Shown: piece by piece, positions 47,001 to 56,678 of the stretch | Position numbering within the stretch: position 1 is the first letter of the stretch | Layout of the letters: each line of letters starts with the position of its first letter | Source: an uncultured delta proteobacterium | GTDB lineage: Bacteria > Myxococcota > UBA727 > VGSZ01 | NCBI GenBank assembly: GCA_963775425.1 | Contig: CAVZJB010000016.1 | Coordinates: 608,001 to 672,000, forward strand | DNA: 64,000 nucleotides | Reading direction: 5' to 3' | The notes under the pieces: generated by a model | What the model was told of the DNA's origin: nothing | Database searches by the model: none | What the model saw: the letters and a program-made list of their open reading frames with translations, nothing else | Translations under genes and position numbers: made by a program

Positions 47001-47587
47001 GTGCCCGCCTCCTCCGTCTGTGCGCCGCTCCCGTCGCTCTTGACGAGGGTGAGGACGCGGGTATCGCCATAGACGCGATCGCGTACGACGTCGAGCCCGG
47101 CCGGCGCCGGGACGTCGGAGCGCCGGTCCCGCTCGAGCACCAGGGTGCCCCCGGGCGCCAGCGCCGCGAGGAGCGCCGGCAGCAGGGGCGCCACGTCGAA
47201 CGCGTAGGGCGGATCGACGAACGCGACGTCGACGGATCCGCGCATCAGCCCCGCGAGCGCGCGCGCGGCGTCGTTCTTTTCGAAGCGGCAGCGCTCGACC
47301 ACGCCGAGGGACGCGGCGGTGTCCTCGACGACGGCGAGCGTCCGCTTGTCGCACTCGACGAAGACGGCCAGGGCGGCGCCGCGCGACAGCGCCTCGAAGC
47401 CGAGGGCGCCGCTGCCGGCGAACAGGTCGAGCACGCGGGCGCCGTCGAGGGCCGCGCCGAGGGACGACATCACGGCGGCGCGCACCTTGTCCGAGGTCGG
47501 CCGCAGCCGGCCCTTGTCCGCGGCGGGCGGCACCGCGATGCGCCGGCGCGCCAGCAATCCTCCGGTGATGCGCAAGACGCCCGCCAC
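46997..47587 (-). CDS. rsmD: 16S rRNA m2G966 methyltransferase
   Basis: [34 protein letters not shown]; adjacent to coaD. Confidence 0.92.
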   Translation of the reverse strand: MAGVLRITGGLLARRRIAVPPAADKGRLRPTSDKVRAAVMSSLGAALDGARVLDLFAGSGALGFEALSRGAALAVFVECDKRTLAVVEDTAASLGVVERCRFEKNDAARALAGLMRGSVDVAFVDPPYAFDVAPLLPALLAALAPGGTLVLERDRRSDVPAPAGLDVVRDRVYGDTRVLTLVKSDGSGAQTEEAGT

Positions 47588-47595
47588 GGCGACGG

Positions 47596-48456
47596 CTACC
47601 TCTGCAGGCTCTGGGCGAGCGCGTCGAGCAGGCGGCTCGACGCGCCCGCCGCCCCGACGGCCGCGAGCTGGGCGCCGGCCTCGAGCCAGGCGGCCGCCTC
47701 GATGCGCTCGTCGTCGCCGGCGTTTCTCTGCAGGACGCGCTCGAGGCGCCGGTCGATCACCACGCGCAGCGCGGCGTCCTCCGGGCGCGCGGCGACGGTG
47801 TCGTCGACGTCGACCACCAGCAGCGCTCCGCCGAGCTCGTCGTACGGCGCGGCGCCGCGGACGGCGGACAGCGAGAGGCCGGCGTCGTCGATGCGGGCGA
47901 GGATGAGGGCGGCGTCGGCGCTGCCGTCGAGCTCCACCTCGAGCCCGAGGTCCTGCTCCACGAGCGGCGCCGTGACCCGCACCAGCGCCTCCACGTCGCC
48001 CTGCAGCGCCGTCGGCGAAAACGCGATGGCGGTGTAGCCGGCCTCGACGTCGCGGTAGAGGCCCTCGCTCAAGCGATCCACCGAGGCGCCCGGCGGCAAC
48101 GGCTGCGCACGCGCGACAATCACCAGCGGGCGGTCGTAGAGCGCGGCGTCCACGGCGCTCAGGATCTCGTCGACGATGTGCGCGGGCGCAGAAGGCGACA
48201 CCGATCGCGTCGCGGAGGGCACGCTGACGGCCACCACCGCGTCGGCGTGGCGCGCGGCCCGCAGCACGCCCGTGAGCGCAGCCCGCCCGGCCCAGGTGGC
48301 CTCCACGACGACACCCGGCCGGTGCCGCGCGAGCAGCGCCCCCGACACGAGCGCGGCCCGCGACCCGCGCGCGTCGAGACGGGCCCGCGCCGACGACGGC
48401 ACGAACGTGGAGAAGAGCTCACGGCCGTAGCCGGGCAACGGCATGGGACGGGGCAT
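47596..48456 (-). CDS. Class II fructose-bisphosphate aldolase-like protein, apparently lacking metal ligands
   Basis: [36 protein letters not shown] parallel deltaproteobacterial class II Fba. Confidence 0.55.
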   Translation of the reverse strand: MPRPMPLPGYGRELFSTFVPSSARARLDARGSRAALVSGALLARHRPGVVVEATWAGRAALTGVLRAARHADAVVAVSVPSATRSVSPSAPAHIVDEILSAVDAALYDRPLVIVARAQPLPPGASVDRLSEGLYRDVEAGYTAIAFSPTALQGDVEALVRVTAPLVEQDLGLEVELDGSADAALILARIDDAGLSLSAVRGAAPYDELGGALLVVDVDDTVAARPEDAALRVVIDRRLERVLQRNAGDDERIEAAAWLEAGAQLAAVGAAGASSRLLDALAQSLQR

Positions 48457-48537
48457 TAGTGCCTCAGCGCCGGGCTGCGTAGGGGGAACCGGCGCCTCAG
48501 GGGTTCGATCGGGGGCGCGAGATGCTACAGGGGTGAG

Positions 48538-48783
48538 ATGGACGCTCGCGGGCTCATGACCTTCATCATCACCGTCCACGAGCTGGCGGTGGTGCTCGGC
48601 GTCCTCGTCGGCGCCCTGATCGCGGCCCTCGGCTTCCTCCTGTTGCGCAACGTCTCGGCCGGGACGCGCGCGGTCACCGTGCTCGCGTTCGCGTTGGGCT
48701 CGGCGCTCATCACGCTGGCCCTCACGTCCAAGCTCTTCCACGTGAGCGCCCTCGACGTCGAAGTCGTCCGCGTCAGCGAATAG
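48538..48783 (+). CDS. Small membrane protein
   Basis: 81 aa with two hydrophobic helices; typical codon usage. Confidence 0.6.
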   Translation: MDARGLMTFIITVHELAVVLGVLVGALIAALGFLLLRNVSAGTRAVTVLAFALGSALITLALTSKLFHVSALDVEVVRVSE

Positions 48784-48789
48784 CCGCCG

Positions 48790-49641
48790 CTACCCGAAGC
48801 GCAGCGCGCCGTGGTTGGTGAACGGCACGACAAGCTTGCCGCTCTTGAGCTCCGTGCCGAGCTCCCAATTCATGCGCTTGCCCCCGGCGATCTCGGCGAG
48901 GGAGACGCCGAGCTGGGCCAGGCTCACGTGGAAGTCGAGCGGGACGCTCTCGGTCTTCTTGGGCGCTACACGGAGCCCGCGCACGCCCTTGTTGTCGAGC
49001 ACCTTGCGGCCGTCGAGCTTCACGTCGAACTTGAAGCCGTCGATGGGGATGGCGAAGTCCATGTTGTTGTGCAGCGTGGTGTCCACGCGGAAGCCGACGC
49101 CGGACGGGCTCACCGACGTGGGGCTGAAGCCCTTCACGGAGAAATTCGGCACCTTGGGCATGGGCATGGAGCCCTTGAAGCCCACCGGCACGTCGATGCC
49201 TCCGGTCTGGCTGGTGAAGAAGCGCCCCGTCGCCGACAGCTCGTAGGGAACCGCGTTCTTGCCGATGAGGTCGAGGATGGCGGCGGCCGTCTGGCCGAGG
49301 TTGAAGTCGATGTCGAGGTCGGTCTTGGAGCCGGCGCGCGGCTTGAGCACGATGCCCTTGGGCGCCCTGCCCTTGGCGAGCTGGCTGCCGGCGATCTTCA
49401 GGGCGTAGTCGAGCCCGTCGAGCTTGAAGCCGATGGGGTTGGGGTTCGAGATGAGGCAGTTGAACCGCACCGACATCGTCGAGAGCGTCATGCCGAGGAC
49501 GTTCATGCCCCTCACGGAGAGCTTGGGCAGGTACTTCTGGAAGAGGTTCATGAGCGTCGCGCAGCCGGTGCCGGGCAAAAGCACCGCGGACGCGACACCA
49601 AGACGCATCAGCTCACGACGGTTCATCATGCGATCGACCAT
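48790..49641 (-). CDS. Tandem LEA_2 domain lipoprotein with probable Tat signal
   Basis: NRRELM..GTGC; ISNPNPIGFKLDGLDY and a second HNNMDFAIPIDGF repeat. Confidence 0.85.
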   Translation of the reverse strand: MVDRMMNRRELMRLGVASAVLLPGTGCATLMNLFQKYLPKLSVRGMNVLGMTLSTMSVRFNCLISNPNPIGFKLDGLDYALKIAGSQLAKGRAPKGIVLKPRAGSKTDLDIDFNLGQTAAAILDLIGKNAVPYELSATGRFFTSQTGGIDVPVGFKGSMPMPKVPNFSVKGFSPTSVSPSGVGFRVDTTLHNNMDFAIPIDGFKFDVKLDGRKVLDNKGVRGLRVAPKKTESVPLDFHVSLAQLGVSLAEIAGGKRMNWELGTELKSGKLVVPFTNHGALRFG

Positions 49642-50317
49642 ACAACGCCTCCATAAAGCCCGGACCGAGCGACGACGGCGGCGGCACCCCGCCGGCCCGC
49701 TCCGCTCGCGGCGGGACCGGGACGCCGAGGGCGTTCGCGAGCATGCGCATCCCACCGGCGGTGCCGACGGACTCGGGGTGGAATTGGACGGCCTCGATGC
49801 GCGCGGCCGCGTCGCGCATCGCCATCGGCTGGCCGTGGGCGTCGCGCGCGGTGACGCTGAAGCGCGCCGGCACCTCCGCCGCCACCAGCGAGTGGTAGCG
49901 CATCACCCACAGCGGGCTCGGCAGCCCAGCGAGGACGCCCACGCCGTCGTGGGCGATCGCGTCGCGCTTGCCGTGTACGGCGGCGGCGGCGCGGGCGACG
50001 GCGCCGCCGTGCGCGCGCACCAGGGCCTGCATCCCCAGGCACACGCCGAGGAGCGGCACGCGCCCCGACAGCGCGCCCGCGAGCGCCACGAGCTGCGGGA
50101 GATCGCGGGGGCCGCGCGGGCCGGGGCCGATGCACACCAGGTCCCAGGCGCCCGCCACGATCGCGGCCGCGCTGGCCGCGGCGGCGTCGGCGACCTCGAC
50201 GAGCGCGCCGAGCTCCATGAACGCCTGGGCGATGTTCCAGGTGAAGGAGTCGCGGTTGTCGAGGAGCAGCACGCGCGGCACGAAGGAATGGACGGCGCGA
50301 GCCCCTGGGTTGTTCAT
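49613..50317 (-). CDS. Anthranilate/aminodeoxychorismate synthase component II (TrpG/PabA-type amidotransferase)
   Basis: LDNRDSFTWN, GPGP, GVCLGMQ, RYHSL, QFHPES. Confidence 0.9.
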   Translation of the reverse strand: MNNPGARAVHSFVPRVLLLDNRDSFTWNIAQAFMELGALVEVADAAAASAAAIVAGAWDLVCIGPGPRGPRDLPQLVALAGALSGRVPLLGVCLGMQALVRAHGGAVARAAAAVHGKRDAIAHDGVGVLAGLPSPLWVMRYHSLVAAEVPARFSVTARDAHGQPMAMRDAAARIEAVQFHPESVGTAGGMRMLANALGVPVPPRAERAGGVPPPSSLGPGFMEALYGRSHDEPS

Positions 50318-50388
50318 GCGAGACCGTGGTACCACGTGCCTTCGGCCTCGGGCGGGGCGTGTCCTACCCGCGGGCCCGGAGGGCAGCC

Positions 50389-51213
50389 ATGGGAATGAAT
50401 CGCGCGCTGGTCGGCAAGGAGTATTCAAAGCTGGATCCGTTTCCGATCACGGCGGAGGCGGCGCGCGCGTACGCGGAGGCCACCAACACCGCCTGCGGCG
50501 ACATCGCCCCGCCCATGTACGGCGTGGCGTTCACCTTCGCCGCGCTCGGCACGCCCCTGTTCGACCCCGATCTCCACGTCGACATGATGCGCCTGGTCCA
50601 CGGCGACCAGGACATGACGTTCGAAAAGCCGGTGAAGCCGGGCGACGTCATCACCTCCACCTCCCGCATCGTCGACATCGTCGAAAAGACCTCCGGCGAG
50701 ATCGTCACCGTCGGCATCACGGCGAAAAACCAGGACGGCGACGTCGTCCTCGAAGCCAAAAGCGGCCTCTTCGTGCGCGGCCCGCGCAAGAAGGAGAACG
50801 TCGAAGCCGAGCGCAAGGAGCGCGACGCCGAGGAGGCGGCGTGGACGTCGGCGCCGGCGGCGTGGACGGAGACGGAGACGGTGGCGGCCGACCAGAGCAA
50901 GCGCTACGCGGAGGCCTCCGGCGACAGGAACCCCATCCACCTCGAGGAAGACGTCGCCAAGATGGCGGGGCTCCCCGGCGTCATCCTGCACGGCCTGTGC
51001 ACCATGGCCTTCGTGCACAACGCTTGCGTGCGCCGCGCCGGCGGCGACCCCATGAAGATCCGGCGGCTGGCGGTGCGCTTCGCCCGGCCGGTGCTCATGG
51101 GCGACGTGCTCACCATCGAGGCGCGCGGGCCCGAGGGAGGCCCGTGGCAGATCCGCGTCAAGAACCAGAGCGACGTCGTGGTGCTGAAGAACGGCGTAGC
51201 GGAGCTCGCCTGA
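50389..51213 (+). CDS. Double hot-dog MaoC family dehydratase
   Basis: LVHGDQ, YAEASGDRNPIH, ILHGLCT, RFARPV. Confidence 0.9.
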   Translation: MGMNRALVGKEYSKLDPFPITAEAARAYAEATNTACGDIAPPMYGVAFTFAALGTPLFDPDLHVDMMRLVHGDQDMTFEKPVKPGDVITSTSRIVDIVEKTSGEIVTVGITAKNQDGDVVLEAKSGLFVRGPRKKENVEAERKERDAEEAAWTSAPAAWTETETVAADQSKRYAEASGDRNPIHLEEDVAKMAGLPGVILHGLCTMAFVHNACVRRAGGDPMKIRRLAVRFARPVLMGDVLTIEARGPEGGPWQIRVKNQSDVVVLKNGVAELA

Positions 51214-51962
51214 TCCCCGCGCGCCGCCGCCGGCGCGCTCTCCTGGCGGCGGGCCTCGCCGCTTGCGCGCTTGGTGCGTGCAAACCGTCGGCGGCCAAGA
51301 AGCCCCTCGTGTTCACCGATGTGGCGCCGGGGATCTCCCACGCCGTCTTCGACGTGCCGCACAAGTTCTCGGGCCACGCCTTCGACGTCGATCTCGAGAA
51401 GGCGGACCTGCACGTGGTGCCCGCCGCCGGCCGCGCCGCGGTCGACGCACTGGCGCGCGCCTTCCCGCACCACCTCGCCGTCAACGCGAGCTTCTTCGAC
51501 GAGAAGAACGCGGCCATGGGCCGCGTGGTCAGCAACGGCCAGACCCTGGTGAAGGATCGCCGCGCGCCCTGGGGGGCGCTCATCGTCGACGGCAAGCACG
51601 CGCGCGTCGTGCTCGGCAGCGCCCTGCCCGCCGACGGCGGCGGCGGCGACGTCGTCGTGCAAGGCATCCCGCGGCTGGTGGTCGGCGGCGAGGTCCCGAA
51701 GCTCAAGCCGGCCTCGGCGGAGCGCACCGCGGTGTGCGCCGCCGACACGCGGGTGACGTTGGTCGTCGCCACGGAGGCCGACACCGCCACCTTCGCGCGC
51801 TTCCTCGCCCTGCCCCGCAACAAGGGCGGCCTCGGCTGCCGCGACGCCCTCAACCTCGACGGCGGCCCCTCGACGCAGCTCGACGTCGCCCTGCCGGGCC
51901 TCACGCTCTCCGTCAAAGGCGGCTGGGGCGTCCCCAACGCCCTCCTCGCCGTTCCCAGGTAG
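51210..51962 (+). CDS. Phosphodiester glycosidase (NAGPA-like) lipoprotein
   Basis: AVNASFFD, ERTAV, ALNLDGGPST; lipobox LGAC; start codon non-canonical or uncertain. Confidence 0.8.
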   Translation: MIPARRRRRALLAAGLAACALGACKPSAAKKPLVFTDVAPGISHAVFDVPHKFSGHAFDVDLEKADLHVVPAAGRAAVDALARAFPHHLAVNASFFDEKNAAMGRVVSNGQTLVKDRRAPWGALIVDGKHARVVLGSALPADGGGGDVVVQGIPRLVVGGEVPKLKPASAERTAVCAADTRVTLVVATEADTATFARFLALPRNKGGLGCRDALNLDGGPSTQLDVALPGLTLSVKGGWGVPNALLAVPR

Positions 51963-51985
51963 CGCGCGGGCGTCCCCGCCTCGCC

Positions 51986-54034
51986 CTACGCGCCCTTGAA
52001 GCTCGGCCGCCTCACGCCCACCGACGACAGCCCCTCGTACGCGTCCTTCGACGAAAAGATGCGTCGAAGCCCCGCCGTCTCGGCGGCGAGCCCGTCGGCG
52101 AGCGACGTCGTGGCGGCGCCCTTGATCAGCTCGTCGGCGGCGCCGACGGCGAGGGGCGCCTTGAACGACGCCTTCTTCACGCTCTTGCGCAGCCTCTCGT
52201 CGGTGACGCTGGCGAGGCCGCGCAACAGGTCGTAGCTCGACGTCCAGGTGAACGCCTCCCACGCCGCCTCGAAGCCCGCGGGCGCCTTCGTCGGCGGCGC
52301 CGCGTCGCCGTTGCGGGTCTCGCCCGCGAGCGCGCGCTTGCGACAGGCGGCGTCGAGCGCGGCCGCGTCTGCATCCACGACCTCGTCGACAAGGCCGAGC
52401 GCCTGGGCGGTCCTGGCGTCGACGGCCTCGCCCGTGAGCACCAGCCAACGCGCGAGCGGCACGCCGACGCGGCGCGCGGTGCGCTGCGTGCCCCCCAGGC
52501 CGGGGTAGATGCCGATGCCGGTCTCGGGGAAGCCGAGCGATCCCCTGGCGCTCGCGACGATGAAGTCGCACGCGAGCGCGAGCTCGCTGCCGCCGCCGAG
52601 CGAGAGCCCGTGGAGCTTGCACACCACGGGCTTCTTGCTGACGTCGATGCGCCGGAACACGTCCTGGCCGTCGGCGGCGAACTTCACGATGCGGGGGACG
52701 TCGTGGGCCTCGATGCGCTCGACGAAGAACTTGGTGTCGGCGCCGGCGACGAAGGCCTTGCCCCGCCCCTCGATGACGATGCCCTTCACCGCCGGGTCCT
52801 TGTCGAGCTTGTCGAAGCCCGCGGCGAGCTGCGCGACCACGGCCTCGTTGAGCGCGTTCATGGCGTCGGGCCGCTGGAACGTGAGCGTGCCGACGCCGCC
52901 GTCGACGCGGGTGCTGACGAGGCGGATGTCGAAGGCGCGGTCGTTTTCGCCGGCGTCGACGAGGGCGGCCGGCACCTTGAGATCGGGGTAGCGCTTCACG
53001 AGCGCTTGCACGGCGCCGAGCATCCGGCGCGAGCCGAGCTGGTTCATGGCCTCGAAGGGGCCGCGCGGCCAACGCAGGCCCACGCGCGCGCCGAGGTCGC
53101 AGTCTTCGAGCGTGCAGACCTTCTCGTCGAACACGAGGGTGCACGCGATCTGGGCGACGACGCCCCACAAGCGGTCCTCGACCGCCCGCCGGACGCCGGG
53201 GTCGACGCCGGAGGGCGGCGTGCCGAGATCCCACATGCGCTTGTCGGCGACGAGGGGCTTGATGAGCGGGCACGGCGCGTAGAACTTCGAGAGGTTCTCG
53301 CCGAGCGTGGTCGCCGCGTGCAGCGTGATCGGCGGCCCGGTGACGTTCATGAGCTCGAACGGGCCCATGCCCACGCCGAACGCCTCCCTGGCGACGCGCT
53401 CGACGGTGGGGACGTCGGCGACGCCCTCCTCGACGAGCCGCATGGACTCGTTGAGCCACGGGACGAAGAAGCGGTTGACGATGAAGCCGGGGGCGTCGGC
53501 GCTCTCGACGGCGATCTTGCCGCACTGTTCCTGGACGGCCCACGCGCGCGCGAACGCCTCGTCGGACGTGGCCTTGCCGCGGATGACCTCGACGAGGCGG
53601 TTCTTGGCCGGGTGGTAGAAGTAGTGCAGGCCGAGGACGCGGTCCTTGTGCTTGCAGACTTCGGCGACGTCGTCGACGTAGAAGCTCGAGGTGTTGGTGG
53701 CGAGGAGCGTCTTTGGGCCGAGCCGCGCGTCGAGGTCCTTGAACAGGTCCTGTTTGACCTTCTTGTCCTCGAAGACGGCCTCGACGACGAGCTCGGCGCC
53801 CTTGAGCTGGTCGCGATCCGACGTGAACTGCATGCGACCGACGATCCGCTCGGCGTCGTCGGCGCTGAACACCTTGCGGGCCACGCCCTCGGCGAGGGTG
53901 CTCTTCACGCGCTCGCGCCCGCGATCGGCCGAAGCCTGATCCACGTCGACGACGACGACGTCCATCCCCTCGGTGGCGTACTTCTGCGCGATGCCCGCGC
54001 CCATGTTCCCTGCCCCGACGACGCCGATCTTCAT
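51986..54034 (-). CDS. 3-hydroxyacyl-CoA dehydrogenase / enoyl-CoA hydratase fusion (HAD N-terminal)
   Basis: GAGNMG, EAVFED, ATNTSS, GLHYFYH, PGFIVNR; then AFVAGAD, GGGSELALACD, FPETGIGIYPG. Confidence 0.93.
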   Translation of the reverse strand: MKIGVVGAGNMGAGIAQKYATEGMDVVVVDVDQASADRGRERVKSTLAEGVARKVFSADDAERIVGRMQFTSDRDQLKGAELVVEAVFEDKKVKQDLFKDLDARLGPKTLLATNTSSFYVDDVAEVCKHKDRVLGLHYFYHPAKNRLVEVIRGKATSDEAFARAWAVQEQCGKIAVESADAPGFIVNRFFVPWLNESMRLVEEGVADVPTVERVAREAFGVGMGPFELMNVTGPPITLHAATTLGENLSKFYAPCPLIKPLVADKRMWDLGTPPSGVDPGVRRAVEDRLWGVVAQIACTLVFDEKVCTLEDCDLGARVGLRWPRGPFEAMNQLGSRRMLGAVQALVKRYPDLKVPAALVDAGENDRAFDIRLVSTRVDGGVGTLTFQRPDAMNALNEAVVAQLAAGFDKLDKDPAVKGIVIEGRGKAFVAGADTKFFVERIEAHDVPRIVKFAADGQDVFRRIDVSKKPVVCKLHGLSLGGGSELALACDFIVASARGSLGFPETGIGIYPGLGGTQRTARRVGVPLARWLVLTGEAVDARTAQALGLVDEVVDADAAALDAACRKRALAGETRNGDAAPPTKAPAGFEAAWEAFTWTSSYDLLRGLASVTDERLRKSVKKASFKAPLAVGAADELIKGAATTSLADGLAAETAGLRRIFSSKDAYEGLSSVGVRRPSFKGA

Positions 54035-54078
54035 TGTGCGGTCTCCTTGTGCGCGGCTTACACTTCGGGGTCGTGCTC

Positions 54079-54816
54079 GTGAAGCGCCGTGCGCTCCTCG
54101 CCTTCGTCGCGGTCGCCTGCGGACCGGCGCACGCTGCCAGCCTGTTCGTGGCGCCGGTGCCGCCGCCGACCGAGGAGGACGCGCCGGCGGCGAAGGCGCT
54201 GACGAGCGCCGTGGAGACCGCGGTCCTCAAGAAGGTCGTGGAGGCGGACGTGGTGACGCCGAGCGCGCTCGACACCAAGCTCGAGATCGACCTGGTGACC
54301 GCCTGCCGCGGCGACGGAGACGACGCCGCGTGCGTCGTCGACTTCGCCCAGGGGATGGGCGTCGACTACGTGGTGCGGACGACGCTGGCGCGGCTCGGGC
54401 ACACGCGGATCCTCACCATCGCGGTCTACGACGGGCACCGCGCGGCGCTCCTCGGCCAGGCGCAGCGGAAGGCGGAGAGGGCCGAGGACCTCGTCGACGC
54501 CGTCCCCGACGCCGTCGTCGAGGCGGCCAAGGCGGCGGAGCTGCGCGTCGTCGTGGAGCGCGTGAAGGCGCCGCCGTATCTCGCGTATGGCGCGCTCGCC
54601 GGCGGCGCCGTCGTGCTCGCGGGCTCGCTGGCGGCGCACGCCGTCGCCCTCGGCGTCTTCGAGGCCGACTACGAAAAGGCCGCCTACACGCGCGACCAGG
54701 CGCGGGGCTGGGAGCTGGCGCGCCCGTTCGCGTACGGCCTGCCGGTGGCGGGCTACCTGGCCGGCGCCGGCCTCGTCGTCGTCGGCATCGTCGCGTTGTC
54801 CTCGGAGGGCCCGTGA
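54079..54816 (+). CDS. Exported alpha/beta (CsgG/TolB-N-like) protein with C-terminal hydrophobic helix pair
   Basis: Signal peptide AHA; DDAAC..DYVV..RLG..YDG; paralog of 59068-59823. Confidence 0.7.
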   Translation: MKRRALLAFVAVACGPAHAASLFVAPVPPPTEEDAPAAKALTSAVETAVLKKVVEADVVTPSALDTKLEIDLVTACRGDGDDAACVVDFAQGMGVDYVVRTTLARLGHTRILTIAVYDGHRAALLGQAQRKAERAEDLVDAVPDAVVEAAKAAELRVVVERVKAPPYLAYGALAGGAVVLAGSLAAHAVALGVFEADYEKAAYTRDQARGWELARPFAYGLPVAGYLAGAGLVVVGIVALSSEGP

Positions 54817-56138
54817 CGGCGCGCCGGCCTGCGACGACGACGAGCCCCGGCGCGCTACCCCTCGTCGCCGCGATCGTCAGCGCGCTCGCGGGGTGTCCGG
54901 CGCAGCGGCCGTGCCACCAGGACGCGCAGTGCGAGGACGGCCAGACCTGCTCCGTCCCCGGGCGCGGCGGCGTCGGCGTGTGCGTCGCGGCCGAGGGCGA
55001 AGGCGAAGGAGAGGGCGAGGGCGAAGGCGAAGGAGAGGGCGAGGGCGAAGGAGAGGGCGAGCCCGTCCAGGTCCTCGCGGTCGACGTCGGCAACGGCTTC
55101 GCCTGCGCCCTCGACGCCGACGCCGACGTCCAATGCTGGGGCACCGATCTCGACGGGCAGCTCGGGCGCGACCTCGACTTCGGCGCCGAAGACCCCGTCC
55201 CGCACAAGGTCCCGGGCCTGAGCGGCGTCACCAGGCTCGCCGTCGCCCAGGCCCACACGTGCGCCATCGGCAGCCTCGACGGCGGCCCCACCACGGTCGC
55301 CTGCTGGGGCGACGCCACCCAGGGCAACCTCGGCACCACCACCGCCCCGCCCTTCACCGTCGTCGAGCCCAACCTGCCGGTGGCCGCCCTCCGCGGCGCC
55401 GTCGACATCGACGACGACGCCGACAACAACGGCGGCGTCACCTGCGTCGCCGACGACGCAGGCCACGTCACCTGCTTCGGCCCCCGGATGCCCGGCTACG
55501 ACGCCCAAAACGCCATCCCCGTCGCCGTCCCCGCCCTCGACGGCGCCACCCAGGTCTTCGTCAGCCTCGAGGCGCTGTGCGCGCGCACCCCCGGCGGCGT
55601 CGTGTGCACCCAGCTCGGCACCGGCGCCGTCGGCCACTTCGGCTGCACCGACGGGGCCCCGTGCGCGCTCCTCACCGCCGCCGACCGCTTCTCCCTCGAC
55701 CACGACGTCGTCTGCGCCGAGACCGCCACCGACGTGCAGTGCGCCGGGGTCAACACCTACGGCGCCGCGGACCCCGGCGCGCGCAGCGACGACGACATCG
55801 GCTTCACCAGCGTCACCGCGGGCATCGACGTCGCCGTCGGCCTCCAGCACGCCTGCGCCCTCACCATCGACGGCCGCGCCGTCTGCTGGGGCCGCTCCCT
55901 CGAGCTGTCTACCGGCCGCGACGAGAGCGACCTCGCCCTCGAGGACTGCGGCGGCAGCGTCGCCGGCCTCGGCACGCGTTGCCAGGGCGTCCTCGACGTC
56001 CCCGGCGCCGCCGCCCCGCTGCGCTTCTCGAGCCTCGCGGTCCACCGCACGCACACCTGCGCGCGCGAGTCCGACGGCGCCGGCGTCGTCTGCTGGGGCG
56101 ACGGCGACGCCCCCGTCCGCACCACCTTCGTGCACTGA
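54813..56138 (+). CDS. Lipoprotein: 4-Cys module, (GE)n linker, RCC1/BLIP-II propeller
   Basis: Lipobox LAGC; GNGFACAL..VQCWG..GQLG, HTCA, HACAL..AVCWG repeats. Confidence 0.85.
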   Translation: MTARRPATTTSPGALPLVAAIVSALAGCPAQRPCHQDAQCEDGQTCSVPGRGGVGVCVAAEGEGEGEGEGEGEGEGEGEGEGEPVQVLAVDVGNGFACALDADADVQCWGTDLDGQLGRDLDFGAEDPVPHKVPGLSGVTRLAVAQAHTCAIGSLDGGPTTVACWGDATQGNLGTTTAPPFTVVEPNLPVAALRGAVDIDDDADNNGGVTCVADDAGHVTCFGPRMPGYDAQNAIPVAVPALDGATQVFVSLEALCARTPGGVVCTQLGTGAVGHFGCTDGAPCALLTAADRFSLDHDVVCAETATDVQCAGVNTYGAADPGARSDDDIGFTSVTAGIDVAVGLQHACALTIDGRAVCWGRSLELSTGRDESDLALEDCGGSVAGLGTRCQGVLDVPGAAAPLRFSSLAVHRTHTCARESDGAGVVCWGDGDAPVRTTFVH

Positions 56139-56139
56139 A

Positions 56140-56173
56140 CGAAACGAGGGCCCCTCGCGGGGCCCCCGGTTCG
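56140..56173. terminator. Hairpin between convergent genes
   Basis: GGGCCCC-TCGC-GGGGCCC core with imperfect extension. Confidence 0.45.
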
Positions 56174-56199
56174 AGCGCGCGGCGCGCGTGGCGCTGCGT

Positions 56200-56634
56200 T
56201 CAGCCCTCGGGCGACGTCGTCACGCGCGAGGCAACCTGCTGGCGGGCGGCGTCGCGGGCCTGCATCGAGAGGGCGTGCTCGAAGATGGCCTGGCCCTTCA
56301 TCTCGAGCGCCTTGAGCGCCGGCTCGCGGTCCGCCATGGCGTGGCGGTACTTGGAGGCGAACTCGACGTGCATCTCCATCTGGTTCTTCTCCTTGAAGAA
56401 CGAGATCTTGTCGTCGCCAACGTTGATGTACACGCTGCCGTCGTAGGCCCGGACGGTCTTGTGGCCGAGGTCCTGGGCGGCGGCCGTGAGCCAGGGCGTG
56501 ATCTCCGGGGCCTTGGCGGCGCTCACCGGCAACTTGACGCTGGCTTCCTTGTCGCTCGCGGTAGGGCGTGTCATCGCGAAAACGGTACCGGCGCAGGCGA
56601 AGACGATGAGGATGGGGAAGGCGTAGCGGCGCAT
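56200..56634 (-). CDS. Small exported hypothetical protein
   Basis: GGAGG RBS; signal peptide MRRYAFPILIVFACAGTVFA. Confidence 0.7.
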   Translation of the reverse strand: MRRYAFPILIVFACAGTVFAMTRPTASDKEASVKLPVSAAKAPEITPWLTAAAQDLGHKTVRAYDGSVYINVGDDKISFFKEKNQMEMHVEFASKYRHAMADREPALKALEMKGQAIFEHALSMQARDAARQQVASRVTTSPEG

Positions 56635-56661
56635 GGGACCTCCGAAACGTGACCGATGTAA

Positions 56662-56678
56662 AGCAGCGGCTGTGCCAA
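56662..56678 (-). promoter_or_regulatory. Sigma54 (-24/-12) promoter
   Basis: TTGGCACAGCCGCTGCT = GG-N10-GC, 28 nt upstream of the ATG at 56634. Confidence 0.7.

Noticed and set aside
48495-48520. GGTTCGATC T-loop-like motif suggesting a tRNA fragment
   Set aside because: Flanks do not form a T-stem or cloverleaf.
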